Source: the human T2T-CHM13v2.0 reference genome, Homo sapiens. Taken from it: a DNA stretch of 64,000 nucleotides. The notes under the pieces were generated by a model. The model was given only the letters and a program-made list of their open reading frames with translations. It was not told the DNA's origin and made no database searches. Location: the NCBI RefSeq assembly GCF_009914755.1, contig NC_060935.1; one strand, 5' to 3'. A program made the position numbers and the translations under genes. Shown piece after piece: positions 48,156-61,933 of the stretch (positions within the stretch are counted from its first letter, which is position 1; each line of letters opens with the position of its first letter).

Positions 48156-50659
48156 AGGGGGTAAATCAATTAATTTGTTTTATACTCTGCCTCCTTTAGG
48201 AGTATAGGGGACTACAAAAGATAAGGTTACCAAGATGTCATCTCTAGAGTCCCAGTCTCTTACTAAACAGTAATTAAATTGCGGCAAATTGCAACTCAAA
48301 CACTTCTGCCCAAGGCCTCCAGCATCTCTGAAAATGGTGGCAGAGCTATCCATTTTTCTTTTAAAGTAACAAACAACTAAACCCTCACAGTTTGGTTCAG
48401 TGAGAGTTTATTAGAGAGCTGATGGTAGGTCAGTGTTAGTAGTATCTTTCAAAGACTTCATCTCACAGATTCTGTCACTGGCCCTGGGAGTCTAATGCAT
48501 CCTTTAGCTCCCTTCCAAGTCTAGTTTTTAAACTCTGAAAGCATTCTCTGACCAGGGTTTTAATTTCCCTATCGAGTTCCTTCTGGGGGCTGGGTTCTGT
48601 GAGATTGTTGTTCCTCTGGTTTCCCTGGCAAAGGCAGAGGTTTTGGGTTTTTTTGTTTTTTTTTTTCATTTTTTCCCTGGTTTTCAGCATAAACAGTTTA
48701 TTATTCCCAAGTATCAAGTGTTGTCCAGATACTCCGAGGGGTCCCCAGGTATCATTCCTGGCATCTCTTTCCTGTTCTTTCCATGTTCTCGTGTAGGATG
48801 TTACTTAAGCCCTATATAAATGACATCAAGATGGGCTATGTCTGTTTCTACAGACCATTTTACAGTCCTCATAATGTTGGTTGCCTGACTGTGATTTTAC
48901 TACATTAATTTGTATGATGATTTCTTAAAGTGAAAGCTGATGAGTGAAGTGGTTGACTTGACCCCTCCCAGGACCTCTCTTTATCTCCGTGGAGGATCAC
49001 TGTGTATTCCCTGATCCCATGGAGCTCAGCCTGGAGCCTGAGCTGGCCTCCAGATGGGCTCTCGGCAATAGGCACCCCCTCATCCTCTGTCCACTGGCCC
49101 AAGCTGGGCCATGGAGGCCTGATGGCCAAGACCTCACATCACAAAGCCTGGTGAACTGGATTTCTTCAGCTTGCTTATTTTGTCTTTTGCCTGTGGAACT
49201 TTCTCTTTCACCAATTCATCTTTCCATCACTACTTGGTTTAAATAAAATCCAAAGGCTGCCTTGTTCAGTTATACCTTTTTATACTCTGTTTTTATTTAG
49301 ACAGACTTTGGTAGGAAACCTTCCAAGCAAAGCCCCGGGGGAAAAGTGACCATTGGCACAGATTTCAGCCTGTGCTTTTGGCCCAATATTGTTTCTATTT
49401 TTATTTTGTTTCATGTTTTTGTTAACATCCAGGGCAAAGATTAAGTACTTACACTTATCTGGTAATGGTGAGAGGCCTTTGGATTGCTTGCCTGTGGCCT
49501 GGAGAATGCATGCTTAAAACTATTAACCCCCAGCTACCTCCTGGGAGATAAGATCTAGCTGTTAAATTTGGCTTTCCCTAAAGGAGGTTCTGAGCTCCTA
49601 CTTGATCTGAGAGAGGGAAAGAAGAAGGATAAATCCCAACCTTTGCTGAATTTTGAAAAAAGGATAGTAGCTTAATTTATGAAGGTTGTTTTTTTGAAAA
49701 AACTAACTTTATGTCATAATTTCTTAGCTGCCAAAAGACGTAATTCTACCTCAGCTTTGCCTTGGCAACCCGCTTTTGGCACTCTGTGCAAGCCTGTCGT
49801 TGCTCTGCATTATTTAAGCAGTAATCTTTAAGAAGGTGAGAAACTATTATTGCTTTTTAACACAGTTGACATGATATTGGCGCAGACTAGTACCTAGAGC
49901 TTCAAACATTTCTGGTGGCCGTAAACCAACTTAAACACCTCCATGTAGAGGTCTCACTGCCATGAGGTCATAGATTGCTACAAGGAGGGAGAAAGAAGAA
50001 GATCAAATGTTGTTTAAAAGTCTTTTTTTTTCTTTTTAAATATTCTTATTCCACTGAGTTGTAGCTGTAGATTTTGGCCGGGAGCCAGACAATCAAGATT
50101 TAGTATTTTGACCAGCTGTGATCTAGTAATGTCCCTCAGAGGAAACATTTTGTAGGGAGGGAAAGACACATATTTGAGACTGTGAATTGTACTCTGTCCT
50201 CATACTTTACAGTGTGGGACCTGGTTGTAGACAGATAAAACAAGTACAAGTGAATCTGAAAGAGAATTAGGAAAAAAAAAAGTGTTTCAAATTGTTAAAG
50301 CCTCACCCCAGCTTCAAGAACTCTCTTGATGTGGTAAATCTTTACATGCTTTCTTTATTTCATTTTTCCTGTAAGTTTCCACATTTACATCAGTTCGTGG
50401 CAGAATTTATTTCTGCTCATAGCTGATGCTTAGAATGCCTAACAGTATAAGTCTTAGAAAGTCAAAAGAGCAACACAAACTTAATGTAGGCAGGAAGAGA
50501 AGAGAAGGAAAATATACCAATCCACTTAACCTAAAAATTTTTCTCATTCTCACCCCATCCTCAAGTAGAAGTAGAGATCAAATGTAGATGTTTTGGTGAC
50601 AACAAAAAACTTAAGATCCTAGGGACTGGGAGAGAGAAGGAAATTAACAATTAGGTAGA

Positions 50660-51010
50660 CCGGCTTGGTTAAATCACATCTTTCTACCTAGTGGCTTCAT
50701 GACCTTTGGTCAAGTTACCTAACCTCTGTGCTTCAGTTTCTTCATCTGTAAAATGAGGATGATGTTTGTAATACTTCACAGAGATGTCATAAGGATTAAA
50801 TGAGACCATGTATAAAGCTGTTAACAGAGTGCTTAATCCATAGCGCTTTATAAATTTTAGTTGCCGTTTTATTATTATTAATAATTTATTGGGTACTTAT
50901 TCATTGTACTAGGAATTTTACTTGTATATCTCATTTAATCCTTACTGCAGTAACTATTGGTAGCTATAACCATTTCACAGAAGAGGACACCTAGGTTGGG
51001 AGCAGTGAGG
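50660..51010. mobile_element. Tail-to-tail MIR pair (+ then -)
   Basis: caagttacctaacctctgtgcttcagtttcttcatctgtaaaatg...; then tatctcatttaatccttac...catttcacaga. Confidence 0.7.
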
Positions 51011-51654
51011 TGCATCATCAGTGTCTCGTGTTTCCTAACGATGGAGCTACATGTGGAGCTCTGGAATATTACCTATGGGAGATGTGGAAATGGGAATCAC
51101 ATTTTGGACTGGTGCTTTCTTAACTTGTTTTCTCTTTCCCAATCTCTTTTCTGTAAAAGGAGGCTACAGCTTCAGGCAGTAAAACCAAGAGGAAGAGGAG
51201 GGAAATGATGGGGGCAAGGATGGTGGAGTAGAGGAAACTGGGCTCTACCAGTTCCTGGGTTGGCTTCATGGCAAGGTATTTGCATGGCAAGGTATTTATA
51301 TAATGGTTATAAAAGTGCTGAATATGGTCTTCTTCATTTTAGTCAGAGAAATAGAGAATTTCTCCCTCTTAAAAAATTCTCTCTTCCTGAAGCTAAATTC
51401 ATGCAGAACAAGGATGCATCAGGGGTTTGGGGACAATTGGAATGTACCTCAAAGGATTCTGGGAAGTTCTTCTAGTCCCTAAGCAGTAGGTAGATCATGA
51501 AAACAGAGGAATTTTGAGCATTTTGACTTTATTCAAAGCTTTCCCCACCTCATGTCCCCAAGAAAAAAAGAAAAAAACCTAAGATTGTGTTTCACATTGA
51601 ACAGATTAAATCTGTTGATTGATTTGGGTCTTTTTCTCCAAATCTCTTTTATAC

Positions 51655-52176
<522 letters not shown>

Positions 52177-52569
52177 TAGCTCCCTGATGTACAGAAGTGG
52201 AGGTGTGGGAAGGTAGGTGGTAGGAGTTTCGTTTGTTCCTGCTTGAAACAGTATGCTGTATAAGAGAAACAGTAAAGGGAAGGAGATTTAGATTCCAGTC
52301 CTTCTTCTACCTATTACCCTGTGTTCCTGTGCAAGACATGAATATGTCTGAGTCTCAGTTGCGCCTTCTGTAAAATGAGAATAATACTTGGAATTTGAAG
52401 CCTACTGAAACGAATCATAATGACAACCACCACAATTACAACTACTACTGACGCTAGTGTCTATGCCAGGCATCCTGCCAACGATTTTAAGCACATTATT
52501 TTATTTATTACTTACTGTAGTCGATCTATTTTATAAATAGTCATTAAATATGCCCACAGTCATATAACT

Positions 52570-52898
52570 CAGGGGTGCCCAACCCCCGGGCCACAGACTT
52601 TTACCCGTCTGTGGCCTGTTAAGAACCGGGCCGCACAGCAGGAGGCGATGGAGGGTGAGCGAGCATTACCCCCTGAGCTCCGCCTCCCATCAGATCAGCC
52701 ATGGTATTAGACTCTCATAGGAGCACGAATCCTGTTGTGAATTGTACATTTGAGGGATCTAGGTTGTGTGCTCCTTATGAGAATCTAACTAACGCCTGAT
52801 GATCTGAGGTGGAGGTTTCATATCCCCACCCCCAAATCCATAGGAAAATTGTCTTCCACAAAACGGGTACCTGGTGCCAAAAAGATTGAGGAGCACTG
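52570..52898 (+). mobile_element. MER1B inserted in a MIR
   Basis: Termini caggggtgcccaacc / gattgaggagcactg; perfect 8-bp TSD atataact (52562-52569, 52899-52906). Confidence 0.92.
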
Positions 52899-54220
52899 AT
52901 ATAACTAATAAACGAATGTAACCTTAAGTTGTAACTCCATATAGGTGGGATCATAGTGGCAGAGCTAAGAGTAGAATCCAGGTCTTTGAACAGTCCTTCT
53001 TGTCGCCACTGTCTCTAGAGCTGAAGAGATAAGAAAAGATAGTTGATTGCAATAAATAAGGACTCACAGAATGAGAAACAAATTAATCATCTTAATTTAG
53101 AGAGCTCAGAGAAAACTTGATCCAAGGAAGCCAAACTGACTTCCTCCTTGACATCTAAACTCCAGGCCAGTTGGCTTCTCCCTCATCGTGCCATTGTTTG
53201 TGACCCCAGGAAATACTTTTTTACTTATGGCAAAAGGTTAACAGTCCCTGGTGTGGTTCAGTTATTCAACAAGCTACACTGTGTTTCACTAAACCATAGC
53301 CTAGTAAATTTGCAATTATGATATCTTTGGGTTGTTGTTTTTTAATAAATTCCTTTTAATTGCAGCATTAAACCACAGATGTCATGTTTCCAGTTTGGAG
53401 CTAAGCCCAGCTGGAAGAGACAGCCACTTACGGGAAATGGCTGGTGAGGAGAATGTGTGCAGTGAACTGGTAGACTCGGTCCAGTTGCTTGAACCTCAGG
53501 CTCTGCACCCGCAATTCTAGTGCCTCCGAACACACGGGGCCCCTTGGTGGGAGCAGAGAATAAAGAAAAGCTACTGTGTTTCCTAATATGTCCACTCCTC
53601 CCAAAACACACACATTTTTGCTTTTGGTTGTCTAAGGGTTGAGGCTCCCTGTAAGTTTTTCATCACAATATAAATAATGTACTAATTGCATATGATGAGT
53701 AAATTGTCAACAGCCTTTAAAAATTGGTCATATAATTAGTAAATCTATGAGTTTCAACCTCTTCATCTAGATGAAATAGTCATGAAGCCAGACTGTAATC
53801 AAAGAATCTTGAAACCTCCTGAATATTCTGTTTTGAACTATTATTTGCCTTTTCAATTCCTCCCTTTCTCTCTTTAGGCAAGAGTAGAGATAAAAATACT
53901 CTTTTATTTCTTTACCTTATACTAAAATATGAATGAAGGGTCTTTCTGAAAACCTTCCATTAAATATAAAATCAAAATTATTTTATTAAAAATCTATGCA
54001 TTATGTTTTTATACGAGATGCTCACAGCAGTTTGTTTTTTAATAGCAAAGGTTCAGAAACATCCTAAATCTACAAAAGTAAGGGAATAATTAAGTAAATT
54101 ATGATAGTCCATTCAGTGAAGCAACCATTTAGAATTCTGCTTACCAGGAGGTTTTAATAGCATCCAACAGCAGGATGTAGCATTCTGTATATACCAGAAA
54201 CACAGCTTTAGTGTTTCTTT

Positions 54221-54517
54221 CTTGTTTCCTTTTTTTTTTTTTTTTTGAGACAGGGTCTTGCTCTGTCGTCCAGGCTAAAGTGCAGTGGTATGATCACAGC
54301 TCACTGCAACCCAGGCTCACGCAATCCTCCCACCTCAGCCCACAGTTGCTGGGACTACAAGCGCTCACCACCATACCCAGCTAATTTTTTAATTTTTTAT
54401 AGAGACAGGGTCTCCCTATGTGGCCCAGGCTGGTCCCAAACTCCTGGGTTCAAGCAGTCCTCCCACCTTGGCCTCCCAAAGTGCTGGGATCACAGGTGTT
54501 AGCCGCCACACCTGGCC
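54221..54517 (-). mobile_element. AluJ within an L1ME 3' remnant (~54010-54700)
   Basis: Reverse J-type dimer; TSD tag(t/g)gtttcttt. Confidence 0.88.
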
Positions 54518-55107
54518 CATAGGGTTTCTTTAAAAATTAAACACATATATTTAAAATCAAAGTCTGAAAGGAAAATACCCAAAATTAATAGCAGTTATTT
54601 GATGGGTAATAGACTTGTGAGTTTTTATTTTTTTATATAGTTAACATAGTTTTAGTTTTCCTGTAAAACTATTGTAATAATTAAAAATACATGTGTGTTT
54701 AATGTTATCATTTGATACTTCAACTGTTTGGAGCTTGGCTATCTTAAAAATCTGGAATGTAGCTGGGATCCTGGAAGTAATAAAAAAATCAATTCTGAAC
54801 AGCTAAAACTAATGTTACCAAACTCATATAATAAATACAGCATATTGTGCCCAGGACAGCTCCTGGCCCGCCACGCAAATCCTGTTTACTCATACTTTGC
54901 ACACAATTTTCAGGACATCTGCTTTACAAGAACACAGCAAACTAAGAAAGGGTATAGTGGCCACTGCGGGCAGGGGCACTGATTCAACCACCCACAGCGC
55001 CAGAGGGGACTCGAAGAACCCACGCCAGGCTTACCTCCAGACCTGCGTCCTACAGAACAGACACCACTGAACATCCTGTAGTCCCCTTATTGTGTCATCG
55101 CTCAGTA

Positions 55108-55172
55108 ATGTTCATATCAGTGGCCCAGAGGCAACGAGAAAATGCCTTTTCTTGTTCAACTTTTTTAAGATG
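55108..55172 (+). CDS. UVRAG: Candidate coding part of an alternative first exon (MFISVAQRQRENAFSCSTFLR+TG) in frame with the terminal exon
   Basis: ATG with G at -3; strong donor ATG|gtaaga; phase-2 TG end identical to exon 14; ATG-free, CpG-enriched leader. Confidence 0.45.
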
Positions 55173-55336
55173 GTAAGAAAAGCTGTAATAAAAATTTTTG
55201 AAAGGTTAAATCTCATAGAACTAAAAATGGAGGGAAAAAATGTGGTGATAAAAAGGTAAACCTTAGATATGTAGACTTCTTTATTATCTCTCCAAAAATA
55301 ACTAATTTCCTTACCATTCTTAAGAGAGACCATTTT

Positions 55337-55660
55337 GGCTGGGACCTGTGGCTCACACCTGTAATCCCAATATTTTGGGAGGCCAAGGCAAGAGGATCAC
55401 TTGAGCCCAGGAGTTTGAGACCAGTGTGTGCAAGATGATGAGATCCTGTCTCTAAAAAAAAATTAAAAATAAAAAACATTAGCCGGGCATCGTGGCACAC
55501 ACCTGTAGTCCCAGCTACTTGGGAGACTGAGGTGGGAGGATCCCTTAAGGCCAGGAGTTGAGGCTGCAGTGAGCTGTGATCACACCAGTGTACTCTAGCC
55601 TGAGCAACAGAGTGAGACTTTGTCTCTAAAAAAATTTTTTTTTAAATTAAAAAATAAAAA
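55337..55660 (+). mobile_element. AluJ
   Basis: J-type dimer; degenerate TSD agagagaccatttt / agagagaacctttt. Confidence 0.88.
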
Positions 55661-57768
55661 GAGAGAGAACCTTTTACTGGTACTTGGATTTTCCAGTTTG
55701 AATCTGATACTACCATTACTTGAGTTTTCATACAAATCCAAGGGAACTGGAGAAGAATGTCACAAAATCAGGATGTCAGAAAATACCAAAGTTCCCACCT
55801 CTCAAAGCCTTGGAGTCCATCCATGAAAAGAGGAATAACATTACCATCTTAGAGTTTGTGGGCAAATGAGAAGGCATTTAGCTTGATGTGTACTATGTCT
55901 TTGGCACTTAGCAAATGTTACTTGAATTTGAATGTCGTGTTCCCTTGTGGGACACAATAGATAGGATGGGCTCTGGAGTCAGACAGAATCTAGTTCAGAT
56001 GTGGTTCTTCAGCCTTGAACAAACCACATGACCCACCATCTGCCTATCTTCCTCACAGGACACTCGAGGGCTCTGTGTGGGCAGCTCATCTTCCACGGGG
56101 CTCAGAACATTATTGACAGTCGGGAAAATGGTCGTTCCCTTCACATTGTAGTTGGCAAGGTGGGGCAGTGGGGGTTGTCGCGCCTCATTAGTTTTCTGTT
56201 GTACAAAGTTGAGAACTTTTAGAGTTCTCAAACTCAACGAGGGCTACAAACACCCTGTTCCTCTTGTGCGGCAAGCACTGCTGGGTGTGCCCCAGGCCTG
56301 TTTCTCATGCCCTGCCTTTTATCAGCCCACTGGGAGCCCCACAAAACAGCAGAGCAGGATTTCTGGGGTGGGAGGATGGCAGCGCAGGGTCACAGCATGA
56401 GGGGTTAAGCACCTGGCTCTAGCCACACACCAACAAGTCACCTTCAGTGTTCCGGGCTGTTTCACCTGGTGCTTCCACCCCTCGTGGGCTGGGCTGGCAA
56501 ATGAAAGCTTGGCTTTTCTGCACAGAATAGACTGTCTGAGGTGGTGCTGATGTTCTCTTTTGGTTTGAGTACCTAGTCAACCTGCAAGATGATTTAGAGA
56601 GGGACACTGTTAGCAAATGGTAGAGTAAAAACAAGGCTTGCAAAAATGTGTAGCTTACCCAATTATTGTGAATTTGGGCAACATATTAACTATAAACCTA
56701 GATCGAGGCCAGCAGATTTTGCCCTGTTTTGTTTTGTTTTTCTGGAGAACTAAACACTGTAATTTACTAGTCTACTTGCCTAGTTCTATATGTACCCCAG
56801 TGACCACGCCTAATTATGAAATCTCTCCTGGCACCAGTACTCACAGCCAGGCAGAGGAGTCTGACAGACCCAAGGATTAGAAGCCGTGTGGTTGCCCCTT
56901 CCCAAGAATAACCCTTGCTTGGGTGTCTGAGACTGCAAGTATAATCCTGCATCAGAGGAGAGAGAGCAGGGAGCTGGGGCCAGGGCTTGTGGCTGTAGAC
57001 ACAAGTGGAAGAAACCCCAGATCTCTTTTCTTTTCTAGGGCACTTCTTGCTATTGTAATTTGAAAATGTATTATTTGAATAATGAGGGATGTCTTTCTCC
57101 TGCAGGACTGGTAGCTCCTTGGAGGAAGGGCCTACTGGTCTTGCATCTGTCTCCCTACCCCAAGGCCAGGCACATATGGGAACTATTTGTTGGGTGTGTG
57201 TAGTTTCAAGTTCTGCCTCTACCCCTGCCTAGTGGTTGCCCTTCTGCAAGCCACTTAACCCTCTATGCGTGTTTCCTCATCTGAAGCACGCAAGTCAAAT
57301 GATCTGTGTGTGCCTCCCTCTGCCTCTGGACCCAATCTGTTCATATGGTTGTATTGAAGCTAATTTCATCCACATACAAGAATGTCTAGAGCTAGCATAG
57401 TGTATAACATAGCCATCATTTCCAGGATGTAGATACTCTATTTCCATTAACTGATTATTATTTATTATTTCAGACTTTACCCTGCTTTCTCTATAGGGTT
57501 TTTGTAAAGACTAAGTGAAATGATGTATAGGAAATTACTTCAGAAATTATAAAGTTTGTATAACTGAACAATGATTGTTATTGCTGGCCCAAAGATACCC
57601 TCCTGAGAAGAAACTCAGACCCAAAAGACAGCATTGCAGACCAAGTATTGTAAAACATATGTGTGGCTAGCCCCATCAAAGAATGTATTTCCCAAGTTAG
57701 TTTTTCATTTAAAAAAAAAAAAAGGAACCCCTCAAAAATTTTTTTTAATTTTTAAAATATAACCTTGA

Positions 57769-57826
57769 CTCTCTCTCTCTCCCTCCCTCCCTCCCTCCCT
57801 CCCCCTCTCCCCCTCCCTCCCTCCCT

Positions 57827-57869
<43 letters not shown>

Positions 57870-57877
57870 CCTCCTCT
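57769..57877. repeat. Pure pyrimidine (CT)n/(CCCT)n compound microsatellite
   Basis: Only C and T over ~109 bp. Confidence 0.95.
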
Positions 57878-58382
57878 GCCAGTCCTCTAATGCAAGGTGG
57901 TTAGCATTTGGGTGTTGGCAAGGTTGTTGGTCATGAAATCCTTCTCACTGCCTCACTGAGCATGGGCAAGTCATGTAAATTCTCTGCCAGATGAGGATGC
58001 CTGCTTTTCAAAGCTAAAATAAGAATTGAATTGAATACTAAAACAAGAATGAGATTATGGATAGCCCTTCAGAAATATGAAGTTAGTTATATCCTTCACA
58101 TGTTTTTCTTGCTAGATCCAGCCTGTCCAGTTACTTCACCTCTTCCCCATAGGACAGGGTTTCTGTTCCCTGCCCTGCCTTGGGCCCTCTTCTCTAAATA
58201 TATTGCAGTGTGTCTGTATCCTGCTGGAAGGAAGCTCCCAAAGTTGGACCCACATACCTCATGTTGTTTTTTGCATTGAGACACTGCAATAACTATTGTC
58301 TAAGATTGATTCTTATCTATTTTTATTAGCTCAGACCTAAGTATGCTGTTCCCTGTCTCTGGATCCAGAAGGCTTACACTGA

Positions 58383-59129
<747 letters not shown>

Positions 59130-60345
59130 AGTGAGCAGGTCAACAGTAGGACTGGGGCAGAAGCTCTGCCTAAAATGAAGTGAAAGCTGCACTTAACCCT
59201 TTGTGATAATGATGACACAAAATGAATATTAATGGAGGATATTCCTCGGAAAAACAGACTTTGGGAATGAAGGAGGGACTCAGGATCATTGTTATCAGTG
59301 GGCCAAAGTTAGATTTTGCTTTCAAGATTTGCTTTTCGGGCCTGATGATTTTAAAGCAAAAATCACCCTCTAGTTGAAAGAGCTTACAGCTCGAGTCACC
59401 TTTTAGCTATTTGTCTGCTTTTTATTTACCCTTGTATGTTATCCTCAGAGGGAAGATGATAATATATAAATAATATAATGAACACACCCTTAGTTTCTCA
59501 TAAGCATTTGCCCTCACCATGGTTTATAAAACTTTGGGAAAACGGAATATTCAGAAATAGGTTTCCGCCATGTACTGAAAGGTCTGTGGCCATCTGTGAG
59601 GTAGATGAAGAAGCAGCATAGTGGTCTCCTTACATCTAGGCCTAACTGTCCCTCTTCCTGCCCCCGGGTACCACAGTCCACCTTTAGACCCTACTGTCGC
59701 CCCATCTTCTCCGTGGATGGGCCATGCGTCCTGAAAACAGGACATCAGATTCACTGGTTCTGTAACCCAGTAGCTGTGACGTTCCATCTCTTCTAACCAG
59801 CCATGGCCTTCCCCTCCTCTGCCATACCCTTAATGCGGCCCTCAGATTAGATGAAAAACTTGCTCCTGGTGGATCCCAAGGGACCCTCAAGGACCTCGAG
59901 GTTACTGCAGTCAGATGCCATCTCATCCCCTGTGGGGGCCAAAGTTTTTATGTGGGCAGATGCTGTGGTCAGGAACTAGGCATGCTTTCTGGCAATGCAC
60001 TCACCAGACAAAAATCCCTTGATGTAAATCCCATGTTAATTTATTAAATTTCAGTCAGAAGGTCAGCATTTACATGACAGAATGTATGTAGAGAGTTGGG
60101 GTGTCTGGTAGGCAAACTGCAAGGCAGTTGAGATAGTTGGATTAAGAGGCTAGACGAGACATAGAATACTATTGGTATGTGTGCAATTTCATGAATATTA
60201 AATTATGTTTCGAAGTCCAGTTGTCATTCCCGCATTCAGATTTCATTTGCTGTTGCTTTATACGTTACGTACCCAAGGACATTGCCTCAGGGTTGCAAAC
60301 TCTTTAAAGGAAAATTTATCCATATATCCATGTATTATATAGAAG

Positions 60346-60351
60346 AATAAA
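60346..60351 (+). terminator. Proximal poly(A) signal candidate
   Basis: AATAAA with upstream TGTA (60331) and a downstream T run (~60378-60386). Confidence 0.65.
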
Positions 60352-61927
60352 AATTGAGTTTACTTCACCCGACCTGATTTTTTTTTACCAGCTTGGAAAT
60401 TCCTCTTGAACCTACGTCTCCATATGTCACATCATGACAGGACTAGCCTGAACAAAAGCCATGTCTATCTAAGCGGAGGCTGTTGACTTCATTCAGTTTG
60501 CATATTGTATATAGCAACACAAACACTTGACAGGTATATACTCCAGTCGCCACATTTGTCCTGCATAACAGCTTCACTCACAGGCCTCACCGTCACTTTA
60601 TTTTGTGTCCAAGCATTCCTGGGCTCAAGTTTAATGTATAGCTACATTGTTGTTTTCCATGTAGAGAACTCACAGGATGACTACATCACAAATAAACCCA
60701 ACTCTCAGGCAGTCGAAAGCTTTAACTGGATCTGCAGAAGCCCATCTTCCTCCACATGAAGAAGTGGGGCTCCTTCACCTAGAGCAGGAGCTTCTCTGCA
60801 GTGTACTGTCTGTCGCTCATTTTGGAGTCAGTGTGGGTGGAGACAGCATCGTGGATATGCACGTGCTGCGGGGCCCTCCAGGGAAGTAACATTTACCAAA
60901 AAAAAAGAAAAGTTCTGAAGGGCAGTGTTAGGATTGCAGAATGGAAGGTCAACCCCGTGGGACTTACGATTGCCCCAGGTGCGGGATGGACTTAAATGTC
61001 ACACCAAACTCAAAGTAGGTACACTGGGTTGCAGGGCATCCAGCCTGGCGCTGGCACCACCAAGGAGCAGGACTCCTCATGATTACAGTGTCCATCTCAG
61101 GCCCACACAACCATGAGAGCCTGGACTCTGGGGTCTACCCGTCAGTGCCCCCCACCGCTGTGCAGACTCCCTGGTTGATCCTGGGCTTGTGGCTTTTCAC
61201 CGCACGGCGGGGAGCCCTGCTCTTGAATGTCATCGGGCTGCTCAGAGCTGATTGCTAGGTGCCTACACATTTGCCTCGACCCACACAGCCCCGTGGTGAT
61301 GCCTCAAAACACCACTTAGGTTTGGGTTCGTTTAGTTCGAGTTTGGGGTTTTCATTTGAACTTGTTTGATGTCTGCAGTTTCTGCCATGACCTGGGTAGA
61401 ACCTATGGGATTACCCGTCTCCTGGAATAACTGTTTGACGTTTTCCAAAGTTGTAGAGTTAGTATGGCCTCTGTTTAAAGTGGCTGGGGCCAAAATAAGG
61501 GATGAGTTATTATCTCCTACTAACCTTTTAGTTTTGTAAATCACTAAGAAAATTGTTTGCTTGGAAGATATAAGTTGAATTGGAAACTCATTACTATCTA
61601 TTTCTGAACTGCTAAGAACCCTTTCAGTTTTCTTACAGCTGAGACACTTTTAAACAGCGGGCAAATGTTATCAAATGAATATTTGATTGTGTTTTTTCTC
61701 TTCACTTCCCCTTAACCACTTTAGAAATTCCAGAGATTTTTTTCCCCTCAGAATATTAGTTTTGGAAGATTGTGCCCAGCTATATATTTTTTAGCAGTTC
61801 TAATGGTGCCCATTTATCCTGACCTAACCAGTTATTTAAATAATTTTTTAAACCACCACGAATAATAAATGGCATGTGAAACTGATCTGTTGGTAACTGG
61901 AAGAAAACTCAGCATCTGTATTTATAC

Positions 61928-61933
61928 AATAAA
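61928..61933 (+). terminator. Distal poly(A) signal (second AATAAA at 61864-61869)
   Basis: AATAAA preceded by TGTA (61917-61920) and followed by T/GT-rich sequence (gtgtatattattt, tatgtttg). Confidence 0.8.

Noticed and set aside
54995-55012. CTCF-like motif cagcgccagaggggactc (and tagcgcccctatagtag near 5956-5972)
   Set aside because: Each misses a key core position or spacing; not supportable without ChIP data.
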